A stretch of 64,000 bases of DNA. Source: Octopus bimaculoides. Lineage: Eukaryota. Below, in pieces: positions 1 to 11,895 of the stretch (positions are counted from its first letter, which is position 1; the number at the start of each line of letters is the position of its first letter). A program made the position numbers and the translations under genes. Location: NCBI RefSeq assembly GCF_001194135.2, contig NC_068987.1, positions 60,266,963 through 60,330,962 on the forward strand, given 5' to 3'. The notes under the pieces were generated by a model. The model did no database searches, was not told the DNA's origin, and saw only the letters and a program-made list of their open reading frames with translations.

Positions 1-24
1 TTTTTTTTTTTTTTCAGTGGTATC

Positions 25-425
25 ATGTTGTGATGTTGATTGATGGTAGTTGTTGTAATGATTGAGAGAGTAGCAGCAGAAGTAAGAGGTAGTTGTTCTA
101 TGTAGCAGAAGTAACTGTAGTCATAAGTGAAATCTTCATTGTCGTCACCATCGTCATAATCAACATCGTTGCCATCATCATCATGGTGGTCGTTGTTATC
201 ACAATCGTCATCGTCGAGTCGTCGTCGTCGTCATTATCATTATCAATATCATCGCCGTCATCATCATCATCCACAGTCGTCTTCGTCGTCATTGTCATCA
301 TTATTCTCCCGATCATCATCGTAGTCGTTGTTATCATCATCATCGTCATCATCATCAACCAAACAAGAAAAGTATAATCATCATCATATTCACCGTTGTC
401 ATCGTCGTCGTCGTCGTCGCCATGT
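25..425. repeat. Degenerate (ATC/GTC)n trinucleotide microsatellite
   Basis: Continuous catcat/cgtcgt runs; the ORFs here are poly-I/V/S/D/M artefacts. Confidence 0.9.
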
Positions 426-973
426 CATCTGACAGTATTATTTAAATATATTCAATGTTTATTGAATATAAAACCTTTATCGTTAAAAAATTAAAAAATA
501 AAAAGCTTTATAAGGATTTACCTCCCTTACACTATTTATTGTTAACTACACTCACAAGACAAATTTGCTTATGGACAAATATATCGTAGAATTACCAAAT
601 TTTCCTAACAAGCATCTTCAGTGGTATACACAGTTACAGTCTATCCTAACTTGTGTCACTGCTTCTTCTGTCTGGTACTGGTACAGCAGTTAGTATCGAC
701 GACATAATGATAGCTTCCTCACTTCCTGATGTCTTGTCAGTGTGGAGACAGTAAAGAATTTTACTCAGCTCTTCAGCTCTTCAGCAGACAGCAATACATC
801 CAATTCTTTCTGCCATACGTGTCCAAGGTGTGTGTGTGTGTGTGCTGGTCATAGAACTTACCTAGACTGTTGGAAGTATAGATACTGACACACACACACA
901 CACACGAGATTAGTTTCTTCTTTAGGTTACGAGTGAAAAAGTGTTTTATTTAAGCAATTCTTTTTAACAAGTA

Positions 974-1202
974 CAGTAATCCCTCGACTATCGCGGGTGT
1001 TACGTTCGAAAAACCACCGCAATATGTGAAAATCCGCAAAATAGAAGCAGTACTGTACTGTATATGTATATATTTTTTTTTTTATATATATATAATTTGT
1101 ATATATTTATTTTATTATAAATGCAAAACATCACGGAATAATCGACGTAAGCTTAAATAATAATCCACGATAGGTGAACCGCGATCTGGAGAGGGATTAC
1201 TG
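974..1202. mobile_element. Tigger/pogo-like MITE (Tc1/mariner superfamily), 229 bp
   Basis: TA-CAGTAATCCCTCGACTATCGCGG ... CCGCGATCTGGAGAGGGATTACTG-TA: imperfect ~24 bp terminal inverted repeats with TA on both flanks (972-973, 1203-1204); no coding capacity. Confidence 0.85.
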
Positions 1203-1699
1203 TACATGCTAATTACTCAAGCACAAAGTTGCAATGGAATTTATTTATTTATTTCATGATTCATTTTCAGTTTAATGTTTACATATTTTCTTGCAGAGAG
1301 CATTTTAAAAAAATAATAAAAAGCTAACAAGAAATAATTACGCAGAGAGATAAAACTAATGTTACCTAAAGTAATATTATTATTGCTATTTTTCTGTGAG
1401 TAGAGAAAATAATTCTGGGCATACTTTAATCTCGGTACGAACAACCAAGAGCGAATCTTATTGCCCACACTCTTTTTGCCTAAGTGAATCGCTACCCATG
1501 CGAATATTGGAGAATCAGAGTTACGGGCCTTGCTTTGAGTTCGGTTATCTCAATGGCTAATTTCAAATACTTAAAGGTAATGTTTTTAGAGCAAAAATAC
1601 CTGTTGTTTGTATATATGCATAGATGGCTGGCTGGTTGAATAAGTGCGTATGCGTGTATGCATGTATTATGCCTCTCTGTGTGTATATACATACATATA

Positions 1700-2505
1700 T
1701 TACATTGGTAAGAAAGTTCTTGGACAAGTCATCCAATGCAAACTGCACGTCAACTTGCGGCACAGTTTGGCGTCTCCCATGTCACGATCATCAACCATCT
1801 GCATCGTCTCGGCAAGGTCAGCAAGCTTGGAAAATGGGTGCCACATGAATTCACTGAACCGACCAAACAAGAACGTGTCACTGCATGTCAAAGTTTGCTC
1901 TGGAGAAGCCGAAGATTCGATTGGTTGGAGTCAGTAATCACTATGGAAGAGAAGTGGGTACTGCACTCCAGCGTGAGACGCACACGATCTTGGTGTAGCA
2001 AAGGTCAACAGCCAAAACCTTCGCCAAACGGACTGCTTGTGCAAAAGAAGGTTATGATCTCAGTTTGGTGGGATTCCGTGGTGTGATCATGTTGGATCTT
2101 CTCCCACGCAATACCACCGTTGACAAGGACGTCTACTGCGAACAAATCGACTGTCTAAAGATCGCGCTGGCCGAAAAACGCTCAAATTTGAAGATAATTT
2201 ACCACTAAGACAACGCGCCAGCACATCGTGCAAAAAAGACGTCAGAGAAGCTGAAGGAGGCGGGTTGGGAGATTATGGTGCACCCACCGTATTCTCCTGA
2301 CCTTTTCCCTTCTGACTACCACTTATTCTCTGCCTTGCAATCCGCGATTGGCGATGCAGGGTTCGAAAACGAAGAAGATGTGAAATCGTTCATTTATGAC
2401 TTTATTGATTCAAAGCCACGTGATTTCTGGATGAAAGGATTCAAATCTCTGCCTGAAAGATGGCAAAAGGTGATCGATAACGAGGGTGATTACCTGTTGG
2501 AATGA
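1700..2505 (+). pseudogene. Mariner (DD34D) transposase pseudogene, 5'-truncated
   Basis: Motifs WVPHEF (WVPHEL), ITMEEKW (first Asp now Glu), KKVMISVWWD, frameshift at ~2075, H*DNAPAH, YSPDLFPSDYHLF and C-terminal RWQKVIDNEGDYL. There are 34 residues between the second and third Asp. One in-frame stop and about two frameshifts; TIRs not found. Confidence 0.95.
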
Positions 2506-2619
2506 TAGGGTGACAGAATAGTAAAATGACAGAATGGTGAGCTGGTTGTCTAGTTTTAGAAATACTTAAGCACATTGATCATTACATACAGTGCAATGTT
2601 AGTAACAATAAATGAACTA

Positions 2620-2910
2620 TTACACTATGTAACACAGTTTTTATCCTTGGGTAGCAACTGTTATTTCCTACTTGCTTATCCCTAGAAAGTATGAAAAATA
2701 GCTAATATTTCCTTCAAACTATGCTTTTGTAACATTTATTCAAACCCCTAAATAATCCCTCACAACACATAGCTATGATGCTCCCCCACTACTCCTGCTC
2801 ATGATCAGAGATGTACATATTGTCAGGAACTATGGGACATGCTCAAGTGGTTATGGTCAAACAACTGACAAGCAAATCTGAGGCATTGAGCAAAATATTT
2901 GCTATAACGA
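2620..2910 (-). mobile_element. Fragment of interspersed repeat family F (same family as 23170-23762)
   Basis: Shares ...ctactcctgctcatgatcagagatgtacatattgtcag... with 23520-23640. Confidence 0.75.
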
Positions 2911-3627
2911 TATTTCTGCTTCAACAACTCAGCACTGAATCTGAAATGTAAGCAAAATAGGTCAATTTCAAAACACTGATGTCCAGGTCACAAAAGCAAA
3001 GTTTGAAGAGAATGGTTATCATTTCATTTGATTTCTAGACAGAAACAAATAGGAAATAACATATATTGACCAAAGACCAAAATAATTTAAAGTTTGTTAC
3101 ACAGTGTTACCCTTTCACTCCTACTTTAACTATCAACCAAACTCTATATCTCTAAGACTTGGACCTCGCTTTGATAAGTGCATGACAGTGGCTTTATCTA
3201 TCAGGGTTTACCTGTCAGACATACAGACAAGTGGTTTAATCTTAGATGTCATATAATCTGACTCTAAAAACATGTGCAAGCTTCTATAAATTAAGCAGAA
3301 ATTAGGGTCTTATCTGAATCTGTCTTGTAAGAGGTCAGTTTCAATTTAATTCTGTCACTGAAAATGCCGGTTCGAATTCCATTGATGCAGATTTTGTTAG
3401 GAAGAGGATGCTGTTGCAGTGCTCCAGCTGGCCATATTGATAAACTGTAGGACAGCTGTACACATCCACTATCATTATCTTTACCACCAGTACACTTCAG
3501 ACACTACCACCATCACCACTAACAACAGCAACATTAACCAATGAAGAAGCTTGTATATGCTCACCCAGCCTAGTAGAAGTAGAAGTAGCAACATATTCTC
3601 TCAAATCACATCCTACAATATTCTCTT

Positions 3628-3837
3628 CTACTCTAGGTACAAGGCCCAAATTTGGGGGGAGGGAGGCCAGCTGATTAGATTGACCTCAGTACACAACTGG
3701 TACTTAATTTATCGACCCTGAAAGGATGAAAGGCAAAGTTGACCTTGGCGGAATTTGAACTCAGAACGTAACAGCAGACAAAATACCGCTAAGCATTTCA
3801 CCCAGTGTGCTAACGTTTCTGCCAGCTCACTGCCTTC
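3628..3837 (-). mobile_element. SINE family A (central GCCTTTCATCCTTTC..GGTCGATAAA.TAAGTACCAG block, Meta-domain-like)
   Basis: Near-complete copy of a ~210 bp repeat that recurs at ~8705, 9310, 9530, 12272, 14895, 15215, 15450, 19420, 25935, 30170-30845 (three copies), 51135, 53520, 58095, 59120 and 61015. Domain name is inferred. Confidence 0.8.
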
Positions 3838-4092
3838 ACACCCTCCAATATTAAAATAGTGGAGTCACATTAAACACTTTCGTCGTACAGGATGGTCCAA
3901 ACTGAAATGTCTTTCATCATAAGTCTGCTTAAACAAGGTTCGCTAAAAACTAAATAAACAAGTAACTAACTAACACCAACAAGTCGATGAGAGTACCACC
4001 TCTATGTGGCAACTTGATATGCTAGAAATAGCAGTCAAACCTCTCTTGAATCACACTGCCTTGCTAAAAAAGGGAAGGACATTGCATAATGT

Positions 4093-4498
4093 AGTACTAG
4101 ATGTTGTTGGCACTCCGTCGCTTACGACGTTGAGGGTTCCAGTTGATCTGATCAACAGAACAGCTTGCTCGTGAAATTAACGTGCAAGTGACTGAGCACT
4201 CCACAGACACGTGTACCCTTAACGTAGTTCTCGGGGATATTCAGCGTGACACAGTGTGACAAAGCTGACCCTTTGAATTACAGGCACAACAGAAACAGGA
4301 AGAAAGAGTGAGAGAAAGTTGTGGTGAAAGAGTACAGCAGGGTTCGCCACCATCCCCTGCCAGAGCCTTATGGAGCTTTAGGTGTTTTCGCTCAATAAAC
4401 ACTCACAACGCCCGGTTTGGGAATCGAAGCCGCAATCCTATGACCGCGAATCCGCTGTCCTAACCACTGGGCCATTGCGCCTCCACAGTACTAGATGT
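4093..4498 (-). mobile_element. tRNA-headed SINE family C, full length with target-site duplication
   Basis: Minus-strand head GGAGGCGCAATGGCCCAGTGGTTAGG (A box) and GCTTCGATTCCC (B-box-like); tail GTGCCAACAAC; 12-bp TSD AGTACTAGATGT at 4093-4104 and 4487-4498. Confidence 0.9.
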
Positions 4499-4584
4499 AC
4501 AGTGACTGAAAAAAGAAACAACATAGCAGTGACTGGAACACCTTTTCTCAAACTACTGTCTAATCAGGGCCAAGCTGGAACTAA

Positions 4585-4732
4585 ACAATGCCGCTACTAC
4601 TACTACTACTACTACCACTACCATCACTACTACTACCCTTACAACCACCTTCACTACCACCACCACCACCACCATCACTACTACTACTATTACTACCCTT
4701 ACAACTACCTTCACCGCCACCACTAACACCAT

Positions 4733-4767
<35 letters not shown>

Positions 4768-4857
4768 TTGCTACCATTTATTGTAATAAGAAACACTTCT
4801 AACATCAACCTCAAAAGCATCATCACCAGCAACAGCACTCGCTTTATCATCATTACG

Positions 4858-4889
<32 letters not shown>

Positions 4890-5200
4890 ATCCTCACTGT
4901 CATGGCTACCTACATTACCATAACAACTACCACCACCTCCACCATCATCATCATTATCATCAACACTACTACTACTACTACAGCACCTCCAGCACCATCA
5001 TCACCACCACTGCCGCCACCGCCATCATTGTTGCAACTACTACACCGCCATCGCTATGTGACTACCACCACAAGTACTCTACACCTACCACAGCCACCTA
5101 TTCTACTAACATTGCTACAGACATCGCCACTACCACAACTACCACCACCACAACCACAACCGCAACCATCACCACCACCACCACCACCACCTCTAAAATA
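4585..5200. repeat. (ACT)n/(ACC)n/(ATC)n compound microsatellite
   Basis: Direct reading; source of the poly-L/P/T ORFs. Confidence 0.9.
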
Positions 5201-5469
5201 ACTTAGATATCAACAACTCAACAATTTTCTACAGAGTTTTTGGAATTTTCTTTTTACATCAGACGAGATATTTTTTATTTTCACTCTTATCCGTCTCTCT
5301 TTCTCTCTCTCTCTCTTTCTCTCCCTCTCTCATTTCCACTTTCTCTCTTCCCCTCTCTTTCTATGTCCTTCTCTCTTTCTGGCTCCCTATTGAATTCTAT
5401 CTCTCTTCCTCTCTTTCATCTCTTTTACTAAAATACATATGAATACATATACATACATGTATACATACA

Positions 5470-5503
<34 letters not shown>

Positions 5504-5629
5504 CATACATACATATATATATACATNNNNNNNNNNNNNNNNNNNNNNNNNNNNNNNNNNNNNNNNNNNNNNNNNNNNNNNNNNNNNNNNNNNNNNNNNN
5601 NNNNNNNNNNNNNNNNNNNNNATATATAG

Positions 5630-5760
5630 AAGGCTGCACCAGGCTCCAATCTGCCAGATCAGATTGGAGCTTGGTGCAGCCTTCTGGCTTGCAAGTCCTC
5701 AGTCAAATCGTCCAACCCATGCTAGCATGGAAAGCTGACGTTAAACGATGATGATGATGA
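5630..5760 (+). mobile_element. 3' end of RTE-tailed repeat family E
   Basis: ...CAACCCATGCTAGCATGGAAAGCTGACGTTAAACGATGATGATGA tail, also seen at ~7980, 30120, 36440, 48610 and 49430. Confidence 0.8.
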
Positions 5761-5773
5761 TATATATATATAA

Positions 5774-5805
<32 letters not shown>

Positions 5806-5809
5806 ATAT

Positions 5810-6830
5810 ATCATCATCATCATCATCGTTGTCATCGTTGTTTAATGTTCGCCTTCCATGCTGGCATGGGTGAGACGGTTTTGACAAGAGCCTGCCAGCC
5901 AGGCAAGAAGCCTACACCAGACTTCTGTGGTTGTTTTAGCAGGATCTTTACAGCTAGATGCCCTTCTTAACACAAACCACCAGCAGAGTGGACTTAGAGC
6001 GTTTTACATGGCACAAGCACAGGTGAGGTCAGTTTTGGTAAGGTTTTTACAGCTGGATGCCCTTCCAAATGCCAACCACTTTACAGTGTGGACCAGATGC
6101 TTTTTAAGTGGCACCTTCATTGACAGGGTCACCAAGTAATCTGCAAGGCAAAAATCTTTTGTGAGGGGAGGGAACAATGGAGGAAGTGATCTTGTGTCAG
6201 ATGATGAAAGATTATAGTGAGACAGAGAGACAGAAATAGGTGTCTTGCAGCAGAGAAGGTACAAGGTTACCCAGCCAGAGAGAGAGAGAGAAGGAATGAG
6301 GACAGAAGCAAGAGTGCTGCTGCAAAGGAGATACATGGTTACTCAACCTGAGGGAAGTGCAGGAGAAGGAGAGAGAGAATGGGAGATATTGGTATAGGGA
6401 TGGTAGCAAAATGCCAGGCATACTCACAAGGGACAGGAAAAGCAGAGAGAGATATAGGTGGTGGCAAGAACCAGGGTATACCCTTGAGGTTTAAAGGTCA
6501 TAATATGTGGCAGGATATTGCCAAGGAAGCATGAGTAGAGAGTAGGGAGGGGAAGTGAGGGTGAAGATTTGGGTATATAGAGTCAGGGCCGGGACTACCA
6601 GATAGCAATGATACAGAGAAACAGGTCTGTGAGGATAGGTTTGGGTAGTGAAAGGCAGGCATAGTGCATGAAGGAAGAAATGTGAGGAAGAGAAGAGATT
6701 AGATTGGTTTGTTGGGGTAAGGTGTGTGAAAAGTTTTCGTGTCATGTGTGGATGGAACACACAGGTCGGGGTGCTAGCAGATAGCAATGATACAGTGAGA
6801 CAGGGAGGGGGTCTTACACACTCCTCCTAC
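5810..6830 (-). mobile_element. ~1 kb non-autonomous RTE-tailed retroelement
   Basis: Reverse-complemented family E tail at 5810-5870 and two GCTGGATGCCCTT blocks, followed by a purine-rich body with an internal repeat AGATAGCAATGATACAG (~6600 and ~6780). The 5' boundary is approximate. Confidence 0.55.
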
Positions 6831-6854
6831 CCTATGACAAGCCATATCATACTA

Positions 6855-7378
6855 TAACGCCTGGTAAATTAACATGATGTTTCTCTGTAATATGCGGAAT
6901 CTCAGGTCCCGAATATGTGCATCTGTGACACTTACTTGACTATTTAATTCAAATGTAGCTACATCAATCCAAACAATCTTTGTTAGAAAGCATGCATATT
7001 TTACACACCTTCCTAAGTACCAATTGCAAAACTCCACTCTTTGATCCAGATCATCTTCATTGTGAGAATGGACTATTCTTGGAATGTGATTTTGAAATTC
7101 CTGCTCTATGACTTGATTGTTGCACAGATTTTCTTGAATTCTGGCAAGACATTTCTAGTACCCATTCTTGCTTTCTGGGGCTCATTGATGTCCGTGGTCA
7201 TCCAGAACAGTTGTATTTGCTTCGAACTAATCATTAATCCAAGTGATGATAAGTCACATACGTGAATCTGTTTAAAACTCCCTCCTAAACCGTCATTGCA
7301 CTTTTATTGCATTTGCTCACTTGCACTAGCACTTGGGGATAAATTCCTTTGCTCAAAGCTTAGTCTGACTTCTTTCAT
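6855..7378 (-). pseudogene. Decayed IS630-Tc1-mariner transposase with DUF4817-type N-terminus
   Basis: Minus-strand translation MKEVRLSFEQR / FIPKC*CK*ANAIKVQ*RFRREF*TD ... HIPRIVHSHNEDDLDQRVEFCNWY ... KIVWIDVATFELN matches the family pattern L.EDD.DRR.EFCEW ... IVWSDEATF.LNG; many stops. Confidence 0.75.
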
Positions 7379-7860
7379 TATTTCTAATAGGTTAAACGTA
7401 AAAGGAAATGAAAATCGAGTTGTCAACTGTCAAAGTGCATATGCACTTCCTGAGTACATCAGTGTGCATGTGTGTGTACATATGTATATATATATGTGTG
7501 CGTGTGTGTGTATATATATGTATACATATATATNNNNNNNNNNNNNNNNNNNNNNNNNNNNNNNNNNNNNNNNNNNNNNNNNNNNNNNNNNNNNNNNNNN
7601 NNNNNNNNNNNNNNNNNNNNNNNNNNNNNNNNNNNNNNNNNNNNNNNNNNNNNNNNNNNNNNNNNNNNNNNNNNNNNNNNNNNNNNNNNNNNNNNNNNNN
7701 NNNNNNNNNNNNNNNNNNNNNNNNNNNNNNNNNNNNNNNNNNNNNNNNNNNNNNNNNNNNNNNNNNNNNNNNNNNNNNNNNNNNNNNNNNNNNNNNNNNN
7801 NNNNNNNNNNNNNNNNNNNNNNNNNNNNNNNNNNNNNNNNNNNNNNNNNNNNNNNNNNNN

Positions 7861-7891
<31 letters not shown>

Positions 7892-8970
7892 TACAGCATT
7901 AGGAATAGCATCGAACCACAGAAACATTGCCAAAGCAGACTTTGGAAACTAATACACAACTCTCAAGTTAGACAGATCCTTCTAACCCATGCGAGCATGG
8001 AAAATGGACGTTAAATGGCGATGATGATATATATATATATATATATAATATTCAGATACAAATACATTATGTGCCTCTCTGTGTATGCGTCTTTCTCACT
8101 ATCACATACTCCCAATCTCTTTATCGCTTATTCCTCATAATGTTCATCAGTTCCTCACAGTCATCAATAACCAATAATCACAAGAGATTACAATCTTTGA
8201 TAATCTCACAAAATTCAAACCACATCTTAATTATTTTCGTTTTTTTTTTTAGTAATCATTTATTATAATGATTTTTCTTTTTAAATATTTTCTCATCCTG
8301 TTTTTTGTTTAACAGACAACAAACATGTCCTGTATTCTTTTTATTTATTTATTTTTTTTGTGTGATTTTCATGTCTCTTTTCTTTGAATTTCTGTTTAAC
8401 ATTTAATTATCTATCTTCATCTTTTCCTATTATTTCCTATTTTTTAATCTTTTTTCGATTATGTGTATTTATTGTTGTCAAGAGGCAGTACCATGGCCAA
8501 TGAGGTAAATCCAAGGCGTGGTTATTGCTAGTTGAAAATCATTATTATTATTTTCATTGTTGTTGATGTTGCTGCTGCTGCTGTAGTTGTTGTTGTTGTG
8601 TCTAGCCTCAATCTTTGTACTTTAATTTGTCTTTTCAACTATTCTCTTATTCTTTTAGTCTGATATTAAAGGTCAGAATCAGTAGAGCAACAGCTAAAAA
8701 AAGATGGGAGCAGACTAGCAGAATCATTAGAAAATTGAAAAAAAAAATGCTTATCAATATTTGTTCTAACTCTTTACATTCTGAGTTCAAATCCCAACAT
8801 GGTTTATTTTGCCGTTCCTTCTTCCAAGGTCAATAAAATAGGGTACTAATCAAGAGCTGGGGGTGATAGTATCAACTAATGCCCCACCCCTCAAAAGTTT
8901 TTGGCTTTCTGCTTAAATTAGAACCATTAATATTATTGCTGTTGTTGTTATTGTTGTTGTTGTTGTTATA

Positions 8971-9306
8971 GAGAAGTGGCATGGCTCAGTGGTTAGAGTG
9001 TCAAGCTTGCAATCATGAGGTAGTAAGTTTGATTCCCGAACCGGTCTGTGTGTTGTGTTCTTGAGCAAGACACTTTATTTCACGTTGCTCCAGTTCACTC
9101 AGCTGTAGAAATGAGTTGCGACGTCACTGGTGCCGAGCTATATCGGCCCCTTTGCCTTTCCCTTGGATAGCATCGGTGGCATGGAAAGGGAAGGCTGGTA
9201 TGCATGGGCGACTGCTGGTCTTCCATAAGCAACTTTGCCCAGATTTATGCCTCAGAGGGTAACTTTCTAGGTGCAATCCCATGGTCAGTCATGACCGAAG
9301 GGGATC
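8971..9306 (+). mobile_element. tRNA-headed SINE family D (V-domain-like)
   Basis: Head TGGCTCAGTGGTTAGAG ... GTTTGATTCC, then GTGTTGTGTTCTTGAGCAAGACACTT; related copies at ~25665-25780 (+) and ~30990-31115 (-). Confidence 0.75.
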
Positions 9307-9309
9307 TTG

Positions 9310-9742
9310 TGGCAGTCTGGCAGAACTGTTAGAGCATCAGAGAAAATTCCTTATAGTATTTGTACTCTTAGTCCTGAGTACAAATCTTTTAGAGGTCAAA
9401 TTTTCCATTCATCTTTTCAAAAGTTGATATAAGTACCAGCCAAATACAAGTGTTGATGTTATTGACTAATCACCCTTCTCTTTCCCTTAGAAATCACTTG
9501 TCTCATGCCAAAATCAGAAATAATAATCAGTTTCAAATTTTGGCACAAGGCCAGCAATTTCAGGGCAGAGACAGATCGATTACAATGACCCCAGTGTTCA
9601 ACTAGTACTTATTTTATCGACCCTGAAAGAATGAAAGGCAAAGTGGACCTCAATGGAATTTGAACTCAGAATGTACAGACAGATGAAATGCTGCTAAGCA
9701 TTTTGCCCTGCATGCTAACAATTCTGCTAGCTCACCACCTTA
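9310..9742. mobile_element. Tail-to-tail pair of family A SINEs (+ 9310-9525, - 9530-9742)
   Basis: Two copies of the same repeat in opposite orientation, almost abutting. Confidence 0.75.
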
Positions 9743-10224
9743 AAATCAGAAATAATAATTATGATCCTCTCCTCCTCCTCCTCCTCATCATCAACCTTCT
9801 TTCTGATTCTTGCTTTTTAATTTTTTTTTTTTTTTTCTTTATAAAAAAAATATCTTTTAGCATTGAAATCAGTAACTTTTTATAATAATTGGCTGAGGTA
9901 AACCAATTAATGCCAGAATTTTCAGTTTCTTTCAGATTAAAACAGTTGATAAATTCTCCTTTGTTACAATGGTTTTCAGAAATGTCAACAACCAGGCTTT
10001 TTTTCTAGCGAATAATGATTGATAAAATTTGAGAGAAAGAGACTGGGGGAGAGAGAAGCGGATGCAGTTCCCTTCTCATTGTCATTGTGGTTATGGTTGT
10101 GGTTGCCATCATCATCACCATTAATGTGAATGTCACTATCTTCGTAATCATCATCATCATCATCATCATCAGTCACCATTGTCACCTTCATCATCATCAG
10201 CATCACCATCATCATCATTATCAG

Positions 10225-10263
<39 letters not shown>

Positions 10264-10278
10264 GTCATCATTGTCACC

Positions 10279-10318
<40 letters not shown>

Positions 10319-10689
10319 CTATCACCATTATCGTTCTTAGCTCACTACAAATCAATGCAGGAAGTTCACAAACACCCACATGGATCACCTTAACAACCAG
10401 AACAAATACATCAAGAATGAAATACCTACTTGTTATTGCAGGAAACTTCAGCCCTCACAGACCCTTGCAACTCTGTGTACAATTACCTTCACCCCCAGCA
10501 TCCAGACATACACAACACACCAGAACACTACAACAACAACAACAGCGACATCTTTAAAATTCTATCTCTCCAACTCAATTCATACAGATGTTAAAATAAA
10601 ACATTTATGCTTAGTATTGACTACTGCCAATAAAGCTTCATTCACCCTAAGGATTATGCTAGATTGTGCTCCATAGTATTAAGCACAAA

Positions 10690-11023
10690 AATGGGGGATA
10701 AACTATTTCTGACCAGGATATTACAGGATATAGCAACATGTTATCACAAATATAAAGTCAATATGGTATTCATAAAATGGAATTTGCGTAAATTGAGATC
10801 TGTATAATGATGCCCTGTCGGATTCAAGAAAATCACTTATTATCTTGAAAACTTCTTTCACTGTTTAGAAGAATCACAGAACTCAGAATCTCCCAGCAAA
10901 ATTGCATTATTTGTATTAATGGATTTCTCCAAGATATTTGGCATTATCAGCAGAGGAGTCATGATAGATATCTTGTTGAATTATGATTTCCCAGAGGAGA
11001 TTGTCAAAGCTATTATGCCTTGT
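10690..11023 (+). pseudogene. Highly decayed RTE-clade reverse transcriptase fragment
   Basis: 10901-11023 translates IALFVLMDFSKIFGIISRGVMIDILLNYDFPEEIVKAIM, resembling RT 'FIDFSKAFDSIHR..M..IL.AYGIP...V.AIM'. Confidence 0.55.
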
Positions 11024-11481
11024 GGGGAGTGGTTTGTACATATCTACGCATTGTGTATCTAGTGTGCTACCTGCAATAAACCAGTGCCTTGTCTTAAAAA
11101 GAGATTCATTTCTTATATACTCCTTGGAGCTGGTTGTTCTTGTGGCACTTACACTTCTGCCTCATTTCTATACACTGTGTCACTCACTTGACAAGTCCAA
11201 CTTACCTACTTATATATTTGCTGCCCTTCTGGAATCTAAAGTAATACAGAAATAGACTGGACAATTGAGGAGAGAGTGAAACATGCCAAGAAAACTGTTA
11301 CACTGTTCTCAGTATTATATGTAAGAGTGTGAGGTATGGTCTTCAAATAGACAGAAACATGACATCTCCAATCTATCAACTGTGCCTTATCAACCAGCCA
11401 TCATGTTGTATTAGATAGGTTTCTCTGATGAGAAACTACCTGGAGCTATAGAACTACAACCACCATTGTTATCATGTTCAT

Positions 11482-11895
11482 TAACATGATCAGTGGAGGC
11501 GGAATGACCCAGTGGTTAGGGCAGCGGACTCGTGGTCATAGGATCACGGTTTCGATTCTCAGACCGGGCGTTGTGAGTGTTTATTGAGCGAAAATACCTA
11601 AAACTCCACAAGGCTCCGGCAGGGGATGGTGGCGAACCCTGCTGTATTCTTTCACCACAACTTTCTCTCACTCTTACTTCCTGTTTCTGTTGTGCCTGTA
11701 ATTCAAAGGGTCAGCCTTGTCACACTGTGTCACGCTGAATATTCTCGAGAACTACGTTAAGGGTACACGTGTCTGTGGAGTGCTCAGCCACTTGCACATT
11801 AATTTCACGAGCAGGCTGTTCCGTTGATCAGATAAACTGGAACCCTCGATGTCATAAGCGATGGAGTGCCAACAAACAATACAATAACATGATCA
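11482..11895 (+). mobile_element. SINE family C, full length with target-site duplication
   Basis: Same sequence as 4105-4484 in opposite orientation; flanking direct repeat AACATGATCA. Confidence 0.9.

Noticed and set aside
4440-4484. tRNA genes at SINE heads (also ~8975, 11495, 25670, 51870)
   Set aside because: They have A/B-box-like words but no complete cloverleaf and continue into SINE bodies.
11415-11440. CTGATGAGAAAC as a hammerhead
   Set aside because: There is no stem II between CTGATGA and GAAA, and no stem I.
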